Origin: Christensenellaceae bacterium
GTDB taxonomy: Bacteria > Bacillota > Clostridia > Christensenellales > Borkfalkiaceae
NCBI GenBank assembly: GCA_045656465.1
Contig: JAZORG010000097.1
Location: forward strand, 1 to 48,856
Reading direction: 5' to 3'
Length of the DNA stretch: 48,856 bases
The notes under the pieces: model-generated
What the model was told of the DNA's origin: nothing
The model's database searches: none
What the model saw: the letters and a program-made list of their open reading frames with translations, nothing else
Translations under genes and position numbers: made by a program
Shown: positions 36,340-43,761 of the stretch, one piece after another
Numbering within the stretch: the stretch's first letter is position 1
Layout: the number at the start of each line of letters is the position of its first letter

Positions 36340-39210
36340 TCAGTTCATCTCCTTGTCGTTAGACAGCATTTCCTGAATTTCAGAAACTTTTTTAGCCTCT
36401 TTTTCTAGGTTTTCACAGAATGCTTTGCCACCGTCCTGAACGTAATCGAATGCCGAACGGATATAAGTTTCAAAAGTACGAGCAACAACGGGGTGTAATA
36501 TTCCTTTAACCCCTCTTGCCGAACAAATAGGACAAGACGCTTCCCATTTTTTATCGAATTTTATAGTATGCGGTTTTGGGAAACAGGTTGCGTATTCACA
36601 ATCAGAACAACCGTTTACCGCTTCTGCCCCCAAGCCTACTCTACATTTAGGCGGGCAAATTGATTGATAATTACAACTTTCACATAATGATATTAGATCA
36701 ATCTCCGACGCATTAGGATTGAATTTATAATATTCAAGCGCAGGGCATCTCCCTTTAAGCGCACCCGAAGTAAATCTTTCACAATGCGCAATTGAACATA
36801 TTTTACGACAATATAGTTCACGGTCGCCATTATCTCCCGTGTTACACATCACGCCTCTTCCGGTGTTATTAAACGCCATACAGTAAAATCCACCGCCCTC
36901 TTCGGAGTTAGTTCTTCTTATAAGGCTACCGCAGTTATCGCACTTGCTTTCGCTACTATTTATTTCTGTCATAAGCGTTCCGCGCACGTCAAATTGCCTA
37001 CAACGTTCGTTTTCGTTACAGAATATTCTATCCGCATCGGGACTTCCTTCCGACGCTTTCTTTAAGTAAGCCTCGTAATCTTCTTTTGCAAGCAGTTTAA
37101 CTTTACCGCACGCCTCACAACGGATAGTAACCATATTATCGTTATTACTACCAGCAATTATCGCCGCATCTCCGCTATTACTATTCATTAAACCTATGTA
37201 TGTAAAGTAAGATAGAACGTAGCCCTCTAATTTACGCATATCAGCAAGAGAATAAACGGTAACGTCCCTCTCTTGACCTAAACGGAAAATACGCCCTATG
37301 CGTTGTTCCATTGCGAGTGGATTAGGTGTTACTTGGAAATTTACTATAACACTACTTTTTTGTAAGTTTGCACCCTCTGTAAACGCCGAATCAGTTACCA
37401 CCAACACGGCATCTTCTTTTAAGTTAAACTCTTTCTCAATTATCGATTTATCGCCCTCTCCACCAACTAAAACTCTTTTAGCGTATTTTTCGTCGTCGCT
37501 TAAAGCAGTTATTACTTGGTCGTAAAGACGCTCTGATTTTTTTATGTCGTAATCGAAAAAGATTATTACTCGTTCCTTGTCGTGCTTATCTAAAATTTCT
37601 TTTAAGACTTCATACTTAAATTGCAATTCGGATTTATTATAATAAGCCCTGTATTCTATCTCAGTGTTCTTTTCATCAACAACTCTCTTTGCCTTTCTTG
37701 ACCCAGAATATCTGCCTAAAATTTCCCAGTAATAACGCCTTGAGTTGGGTTTTGCAAAATCCTCGTCCGAAAGCCCTACTTGGTTAAATATACCATTTTC
37801 GTTAAATAGAAGATTAGCAACACCTGCGTTGACGTTGTTTTTATCGCCCATACGCTTAACGTATTCTGTGAGCGAATAAAACGAACCGTCTGCCGTTTCT
37901 ACAGCGTTAGGTGCGCATAGATTATTCAAATCCACGTAAAGGTTGTCATTCACCACACCTTTTATTTTGATTTTTTCCGCCTCTTTTTTAAGTGGGAAAA
38001 ACATAACGTTTACAATTTTTTTGCTCTTTCTTATGTTGTCGTTCGGTTGGCGTATCATTATAGAACGCAACACGCCGTTGTGATATGCTTTAGCGATATT
38101 ATCCGACACCTTATCTTTTATCGTGGGGTTTTCCTCCAAAAACTCCATTATTAAAAAGCGTTTTTCGGCGTCTAATAATTGAACGAACCCCTCTTGATTT
38201 TTCTTTTTTATAAACTCATCAAATTCCTGATAAAAGTTATCTGTAACTTCAGAGTAGCGAACCTTATTGATAAAGTCCATAACCGTTTCTGCGCCACGAC
38301 AAATATGCTCTTTATAATAATTCTTTTCTTTTATGTAGGTTTCTGACCTTTCGCTGTCTTCCCCTTCGTCAAAGTCCGCAGGGTTACCACCTTTACAGCG
38401 GATAAAATACCAAAGCCTAAACATACTTGCAAGATTTCCAGAGTGCGGTGTTGCAGAAAGCAATAAGCAATAGGTTTTCCTTGCCTTTTTCTTTGTTTGC
38501 ATTAAAACGGAAAGAAGTTTAAGCGATTTTGCATATTCCCCTTCTTCTGCGCAAAGGTTATGCGCCTCGTCAACCACAACAACGTCAAAGAGAACGCCAT
38601 CAACGTCGCTTTCTCTCCACTTTGCAAAGTCTTCTGCCTTAACTATTATAGGACGTTTGGCGTGCCAAAAGCCATCTTCCGCCCTTTCTAAAAGGTCGTT
38701 TTCATACGCTAACTGTTCAACGTTTTTCAAAACGCCCTCGCCAAGTCCAAATTTATTTTCCAAAACGTCAATCCACGTATTATATACTTGAGATGGAACA
38801 ATCAGTAGCATTGAAGAAATTTTGCCTTTTGCTGAAAGTTCTGATAATATCGAACAAGCCTCGAAAGTTTTTCCACTACCAACAACGTCTGCAAGCAACC
38901 CAAACCCACGCAATTCTTTAAGGAAGTTTTGCGTTGCTTTCTGTTGGTGAGATAAGATAACGTTATCTCCCTCGTGAAAATTCATTCTTTGAATGCCGTA
39001 TTTTTGATTGCCCTTTTTTGCAAAATCAGATGCAGACAACATTAAAGAGGCAAAATCGTCGTAACGATCAAGCACCTCAATGTGTTTATTCATCTCGGCA
39101 ATACGCTTTGTAAACTTTTTTCGGTCGTGAATACCCGAACGCTCACTTTGTCTATCGAATGCGCCCGAAGATACCGAAATCTTTAAGTTGTTGTTACTGT
39201 TTTTTTCCAT
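36340..39210 (-). CDS. SNF2/RapA-like SF2 helicase fused to a C-terminal Cys-rich (about 21 Cys) domain
   Basis: Motif I ADVVGSGKT (aa 107-115), motif II VVVDEAHNL, motif III LSATP and motif VI QRIGRIFRLGQ. There is a large insertion between the two RecA lobes. The Cys-rich array spans aa 698-896. Confidence 0.9.
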   Translation of the reverse strand: MEKNSNNNLKISVSSGAFDRQSERSGIHDRKKFTKRIAEMNKHIEVLDRYDDFASLMLSASDFAKKGNQKYGIQRMNFHEGDNVILSHQQKATQNFLKELRGFGLLADVVGSGKTFEACSILSELSAKGKISSMLLIVPSQVYNTWIDVLENKFGLGEGVLKNVEQLAYENDLLERAEDGFWHAKRPIIVKAEDFAKWRESDVDGVLFDVVVVDEAHNLCAEEGEYAKSLKLLSVLMQTKKKARKTYCLLLSATPHSGNLASMFRLWYFIRCKGGNPADFDEGEDSERSETYIKEKNYYKEHICRGAETVMDFINKVRYSEVTDNFYQEFDEFIKKKNQEGFVQLLDAEKRFLIMEFLEENPTIKDKVSDNIAKAYHNGVLRSIMIRQPNDNIRKSKKIVNVMFFPLKKEAEKIKIKGVVNDNLYVDLNNLCAPNAVETADGSFYSLTEYVKRMGDKNNVNAGVANLLFNENGIFNQVGLSDEDFAKPNSRRYYWEILGRYSGSRKAKRVVDEKNTEIEYRAYYNKSELQFKYEVLKEILDKHDKERVIIFFDYDIKKSERLYDQVITALSDDEKYAKRVLVGGEGDKSIIEKEFNLKEDAVLVVTDSAFTEGANLQKSSVIVNFQVTPNPLAMEQRIGRIFRLGQERDVTVYSLADMRKLEGYVLSYFTYIGLMNSNSGDAAIIAGSNNDNMVTIRCEACGKVKLLAKEDYEAYLKKASEGSPDADRIFCNENERCRQFDVRGTLMTEINSSESKCDNCGSLIRRTNSEEGGGFYCMAFNNTGRGVMCNTGDNGDRELYCRKICSIAHCERFTSGALKGRCPALEYYKFNPNASEIDLISLCESCNYQSICPPKCRVGLGAEAVNGCSDCEYATCFPKPHTIKFDKKWEASCPICSARGVKGILHPVVARTFETYIRSAFDYVQDGGKAFCENLEKEAKKVSEIQEMLSNDKEMN

Positions 39211-39221
39211 TGTACCCTCAA

Positions 39222-41147
39222 TTAACCTTTACTTACAGAAAAACTGCTAACGTTATCAAAAACTATCTCTATATCACGTGCATCTGCAAAAATATGCCTA
39301 TCTTTCCACAAAATTTCCACACGTTTTTTTGGCGAACAATTACGAATAAATGGGGTAGCCTTTCCGTGCTTATCTACACGAATACCCTCTATAAACTCCA
39401 ACACGTCGTCGTTTAAGATTGTAATCGGTTCACCGTCGTATCTAAAATAAATCTTGCTACGTGGACCGCCTGCAACTATTTTTAAATCTACCTTTTGAAT
39501 AGTCGCTCTGCGATATGCAGAATCATCATCCCCTATAAGAAGTTTGCCATTCACCGAATAACCCAACTCGCCTGCATACTTTCTTTCCTTAATATCCGAT
39601 TCGGTTATTATGGTAGAAAAAATCTCCTCACCGGTAACTCCATCTTTTCCCAAAGATAAGTCGGTAAAAAACTCTCTTCCGTCGTCAATCGGTTGACCAC
39701 GATTTACAAATATATCGAGCGTTTTTTGCTGTTCTCCTCTGTACGACCACGTTGCGTACGATAAGGATATAACCGTTTTAACTTCAATATTTTTTAGCGC
39801 AACAATCGCACTACCAACCGCTTGAGAGTAAATATTATCTTCATATGATAAAATTGAAAACTCGTCTCCCTCTTCGCAATTATCGTCAAAGGTATAAACG
39901 TTTACAAAAGCAAATTTTTCTTTTAGTTTATTTTTTATAAAGTCCGTTAAACCGTACGTCTCCGAAAGCCCACCCGAGATAATAATCTTTTTAACATCAC
40001 TATTACCAGGTCTTAAAAGTTCACTTTCTATATAATCGAAAACAGCCTTTGCTACACCCGTTCCATTTGAAACTCCAACGCAATCTAGCAAATTTTCTCT
40101 CGTTATTTTTCTTTGTAATATCAAATCACGAGAAATACTTACAGGCACACCGTTATTGAATATGCTATTCTCTCTTAACGGCCTACTTAAAATAATTTTC
40201 GCCTTTTTAATATCTTTCATCAAAAGATACTGTTTAGCGTACGTACTATGTTCGTCTATTTGACGTTGCCCGTTAAACGAACCCGTTCCGATAATTTCCC
40301 TTGAACAAATTCCCTTTTCTAAAAAATCGTTTATGGATTCATCAACGTTTACTCCGCCAATTTCTAACGGAAGATTATGCCCTTCTACACCCTCTGTAAC
40401 TAGATTGCCGTCTATGTGGCAAGCCTTAACAACCGAAAGGTATTCTTCCCCCATCTCGAACACAAGTACGTCGTCGTTATCGCCCACTAAATTTCTATGT
40501 TTTGCATAATAGGCAAGCGCTTTTGTCGATGAAAGGGTCTTTTTAATTTTATTCCCGAAAACCTTTCTAGCAAGCCTTTCAAGTTCAATAGCAAACTTAT
40601 CGCCAACGTGCGAGGGATAAACAAGGGATATTTCCACCTCGCTAAACGCTTCACCCATTATCGTCTGAAGTTTTTTCGTCTTTTCGTCAATTATATCGCC
40701 TAAATACTTAAAAAAACTTTCACATACCATTTGCGGAGTGTAATCGGGTGCTATAAAAGCCATTTGCTTTTCCACCATTTCAGCAAAGTTTTCTAGCATT
40801 TTTTTCCTTATCGGAAAATAAAACTTGGGGAAACTATGTTGTAAGCGGTAATATTTTTCATTGCTCTCACAAACACTCTCGTCCTTATTGCTCGAAAGCA
40901 ACGACAACAAACTCTTTATCTTTACAACCGTGATAAAGTTTTGATTTGCGCTCCTTTCAACGTCCGTTCCGTATAACCATTCTTTATCCTCTTCGCTATA
41001 ATAAGCGATTGCAGGTATTGCAATTTGGACTATTGCGTTTCCACCAGCAAATTTACCGTAAAACACCTCGCCGTCGCTATCTAGAGCGTATGCAATTTTT
41101 ACCGTATCGCTACCGAGGTCTATCCCGATTGCAAGTTTTGTTCCCAT
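39222..41147 (-). CDS. Hsp70-like (actin-fold ATPase) protein with a beta-rich C-terminal domain and no helical lid
   Basis: Phosphate-1 motif IGIDLGSDTVKIAYA. Degenerate phosphate-2 motif LVFEMGEEYLSV. Adenosine motif IIISGGLSETYGL. The last 190 aa or so are beta-rich, like an Hsp70 substrate-binding domain. 641 aa. Confidence 0.8.
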   Translation of the reverse strand: MGTKLAIGIDLGSDTVKIAYALDSDGEVFYGKFAGGNAIVQIAIPAIAYYSEEDKEWLYGTDVERSANQNFITVVKIKSLLSLLSSNKDESVCESNEKYYRLQHSFPKFYFPIRKKMLENFAEMVEKQMAFIAPDYTPQMVCESFFKYLGDIIDEKTKKLQTIMGEAFSEVEISLVYPSHVGDKFAIELERLARKVFGNKIKKTLSSTKALAYYAKHRNLVGDNDDVLVFEMGEEYLSVVKACHIDGNLVTEGVEGHNLPLEIGGVNVDESINDFLEKGICSREIIGTGSFNGQRQIDEHSTYAKQYLLMKDIKKAKIILSRPLRENSIFNNGVPVSISRDLILQRKITRENLLDCVGVSNGTGVAKAVFDYIESELLRPGNSDVKKIIISGGLSETYGLTDFIKNKLKEKFAFVNVYTFDDNCEEGDEFSILSYEDNIYSQAVGSAIVALKNIEVKTVISLSYATWSYRGEQQKTLDIFVNRGQPIDDGREFFTDLSLGKDGVTGEEIFSTIITESDIKERKYAGELGYSVNGKLLIGDDDSAYRRATIQKVDLKIVAGGPRSKIYFRYDGEPITILNDDVLEFIEGIRVDKHGKATPFIRNCSPKKRVEILWKDRHIFADARDIEIVFDNVSSFSVSKG

Positions 41148-41180
41148 ACGAAAATTTACCCTTTAATATTTAATATATAA

Positions 41181-41209
41181 ATATTATCACAACATATTAT
41201 TTTTTTCAA
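41181..41209 (-). promoter_or_regulatory. Putative sigma-A promoter of the eight-gene operon
   Basis: On the minus strand: -35 TTGAAA (41209-41204), a 17-nt spacer, and an extended -10 TGATAATAT (41189-41181). It lies about 30 nt upstream of the ATG at 41147 and downstream of the dtd terminator. Confidence 0.4.
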
Positions 41210-41238
41210 CTATTTTGTATCATTTTAGCGATTTATGC

Positions 41239-41271
41239 AAAAAAATAGCGCACCGAACTCATCGGCACGCT
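41239..41271 (-). terminator. Putative terminator of dtd
   Basis: Imperfect stem, AGCGCACCGA (41247-41256) and TCGGCACGCT (41262-41271), giving 8 of 10 pairs. Followed on the minus strand by TATTTTTTT. Confidence 0.45.
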
Positions 41272-41284
41272 AAAAAAGAAGTTT

Positions 41285-41728
41285 TTATTTTGTTTTTTCT
41301 AAAATCACCGTAAACGGACCATCGTTTATCTGCGATATTTTCATATCTGCACCAAAAACACCGAGTTTTACAGTCAACCCCTGTTTCTTTAACCCCTCTG
41401 CAACGTAAAGATATAATTCATTTGCTTTATCAGGACTTTCCGCCTCTATAAAAGAGGGTCTATTACCGTGAGAGGAATCTGCATATAAAGTAAATTGCGA
41501 TACCAACAAAACCTCTCCACAGGTATCTATAATAGATTTATTTATCTTGCCGTTTTCATCTTCACAAATACGGAGTGGCGGAATTTTTTTAATAAAGTAA
41601 TCAGCGTCTTCTTTTGTATCGCCTTTTTTTACGCCTAGAAAAATAACGTAACCTACACCTATTTCAGAAATAAGTTTTCCATCGACTTTAAGATTAGCCG
41701 ATAAAACACGTTGTACAACTGCTTTCAT
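41285..41728 (-). CDS. dtd: D-aminoacyl-tRNA deacylase
   Basis: MKAVVQRV start, plus SQFTLYAD and GADMKISQINDGPFT(V/I) motifs. 147 aa. Confidence 0.92.
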   Translation of the reverse strand: MKAVVQRVLSANLKVDGKLISEIGVGYVIFLGVKKGDTKEDADYFIKKIPPLRICEDENGKINKSIIDTCGEVLLVSQFTLYADSSHGNRPSFIEAESPDKANELYLYVAEGLKKQGLTVKLGVFGADMKISQINDGPFTVILEKTK

Positions 41729-41768
41729 ATTTCACCTCTTAACGACATAATAACATAAATCAAATTGT

Positions 41769-41797
41769 TTGACAAGTAAAATTCTGCGTCGTATAAT
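41769..41797 (+). promoter_or_regulatory. Consensus sigma-A promoter for the nrdG-like/CDF gene pair
   Basis: -35 TTGACA (41769-41774), a 17-nt spacer, and -10 TATAAT (41792-41797). It lies 35 nt upstream of the ATG at 41833 (RBS GGAG). Confidence 0.6.
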
Positions 41798-41832
41798 ATT
41801 ATAAATTCAATGATTTTATTTGGAGTTCTCCT

Positions 41833-42525
41833 ATGAAAATATCAGGTTTTGAAAAAATGTCGCTTGTCGATTACGATTCACTTGTTGCTTGTACGGTGTT
41901 TTTTGGTGGGTGCAATTTTAAATGCGGTTTTTGCCACAACTCTCCGTTAGTAACTCAACATTCAGCCCTCCCTGAAATTCCGCAAGAAGATATTTTAAAC
42001 TACCTATCTAAACGCAAGGGCGTTATCGACGGAGTATGCATATCAGGAGGAGAGCCGACGTTAAATAAAGAACTACCGCAATTTATAGGAAAAATTAAAA
42101 ATTTAGGATATAAAGTTAAACTCGATACAAACGGAACTAATCCCCAAATGGTTAAAGATTTGTTTAACGACAAATTAGTTGATTACTTTGCCATGGACAT
42201 TAAACAAAGCCCCGAAAATTACGCTAAAATTATTGGTTATGAATGTTTTGATATGTCAAAAATTCGCCAAACGGTATCGTTTTTTTTAAGCAACGACGTT
42301 GATTACGAATTTAGAACAACGCTCGTAAAAGAGTTTCACAGAGAGCAAGATATAGTTAAAATCGGAGAATGGATAAAGGGCGCAAAAAAATACTTTTTGC
42401 AAAAATTTATTGACGGTGAAAACTGTATAGAGCGTGGTTTTTCCCCTATTGAAAAAGAGGATGCAGAAAACTTTGTTAAGATTCTTTCTAAAAATATTAA
42501 TAACGTATATTTAAGAGGATATTGA
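41833..42525 (+). CDS. Radical-SAM activating enzyme, anaerobic ribonucleotide reductase activase (NrdG, long form)-like
   Basis: N-terminus MKISGFEKMSLVDYDSLVACTVFFGGCNFKCGFCHN carries the CxxxCxxC cluster motif. 230 aa. No nrdD gene is present in the window. Confidence 0.7.
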   Translation: MKISGFEKMSLVDYDSLVACTVFFGGCNFKCGFCHNSPLVTQHSALPEIPQEDILNYLSKRKGVIDGVCISGGEPTLNKELPQFIGKIKNLGYKVKLDTNGTNPQMVKDLFNDKLVDYFAMDIKQSPENYAKIIGYECFDMSKIRQTVSFFLSNDVDYEFRTTLVKEFHREQDIVKIGEWIKGAKKYFLQKFIDGENCIERGFSPIEKEDAENFVKILSKNINNVYLRGY

Positions 42526-43694
42526 TGATGACAAAACTGTTTAAGAAGTTATTCATAAAAAATTATACCGACGTAGAGAATCCCACAGTACGCACAGCGT
42601 ACGGTATTGCATCAGGGATATTTGGCATTGTTGGAAACGCTCTGCTTTTTGCCCTTAAAATTCTAGGCGGTATTTTATCGGGCAGTATTGCCGTGATAGC
42701 AGATGCAATAAATAATCTTTCGGATTTTGCAACCTCACTAATAACTATGTTTGGTTTTAAATTATCCTCTCGCCCAGCCGACAAAGAACACCCTTACGGA
42801 CACGCAAGATTTGAGTACATTACAGGGCTTATTGTCGCCTGCGTAATCTTATTTATCGGTATAGAAACAGGTAGAGGCGCAATAGATAAAATTATCTCGG
42901 GTATTCCTGCTAACTTTACAATTTTTACCTGTATTGTTCTCGGCGTTTCAGTAATTGTTAAAATCTGTATGGCAATAGTGTTTAAGGGGCTTGGGAAAAG
43001 CATTTCATCAGATACAATATCCGCAATGAGCGCAGACAGTCGTAACGACGCTATTTCTACAAGTATTATTTTAATTTGTACCCTCGTTAACATTATCTTT
43101 GACATTTCATTAGACGGATATTTGGGAATAGTTGTTTCAATTTTTGTTATCGTATCCGCTATAACGCTTATAAAAGACACTATAAATCCTTTAATCGGCT
43201 GTGCGCCCGACAAGGATTTTGTATGCAAGATAGAAAACAAACTCAAAAGTTATCCGGGTGTAATTGACATACACGATTTAATTGTACACAACTACGGGCC
43301 AACAAAAACCTTTGTTTCCGTTCATATCGAGGTAGATGCACAAATTGACGTTATGATATCACACGATTTAATCGACAATATAGAAAGAGATTTTATGAAA
43401 GAGTGCGGAATTTTTCTAACAGGACACCTAGACCCCGTTATGCTCAACGACCCCGAAACAAATTCCTTAAAAATGCTCGTATCAGACGCTATTAAAGAAA
43501 TATCAGATAAACTTACCTTGCACGATTTTAGAGTTGTTTACGGAAACACTCATACAAACGTTATTTTTGACGTAGTTGTTCCGTTTGAACTAAAAAATAT
43601 AGAAAACGATATTAGAAAAGCGGTAGAAACAAAATTATCCACCCTTGACAAAACCTATTACGTGGTAATAGAATTTGACAGAAGTTATAACTAA
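42522..43694 (+). CDS. Cation diffusion facilitator (CDF) family metal efflux transporter
   Basis: Six TM helices with the SIAVIADAINNLSD motif, followed by a C-terminal cytoplasmic domain. The likely start is the ATG at 42525, overlapping the upstream TGA. Confidence 0.9.
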   Translation: MMMTKLFKKLFIKNYTDVENPTVRTAYGIASGIFGIVGNALLFALKILGGILSGSIAVIADAINNLSDFATSLITMFGFKLSSRPADKEHPYGHARFEYITGLIVACVILFIGIETGRGAIDKIISGIPANFTIFTCIVLGVSVIVKICMAIVFKGLGKSISSDTISAMSADSRNDAISTSIILICTLVNIIFDISLDGYLGIVVSIFVIVSAITLIKDTINPLIGCAPDKDFVCKIENKLKSYPGVIDIHDLIVHNYGPTKTFVSVHIEVDAQIDVMISHDLIDNIERDFMKECGIFLTGHLDPVMLNDPETNSLKMLVSDAIKEISDKLTLHDFRVVYGNTHTNVIFDVVVPFELKNIENDIRKAVETKLSTLDKTYYVVIEFDRSYN

Positions 43695-43704
43695 AAAAAT
43701 AGAT

Positions 43705-43748
43705 AAGCCCCGCCTTGCATATCATTAGATATACAGGCGGGGCTTTTA
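43705..43748. terminator. Bidirectional terminator between the convergent CDF and sbcC genes
   Basis: 11-bp GC-rich stem, AAGCCCCGCCT (43705-43715) and AGGCGGGGCTT (43735-43745), with extra pairing in the loop. TTTT follows on the plus strand and an A-run lies upstream. Confidence 0.7.
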
Positions 43749-43761
43749 TCATTTATCTTTA

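Noticed and set aside
42563-43246. Minus-strand ORFs of 73 and 150 aa inside the CDF transporter gene
   Set aside because: They are fully contained in a well-supported membrane-transporter frame on the opposite strand. No RBS is present.
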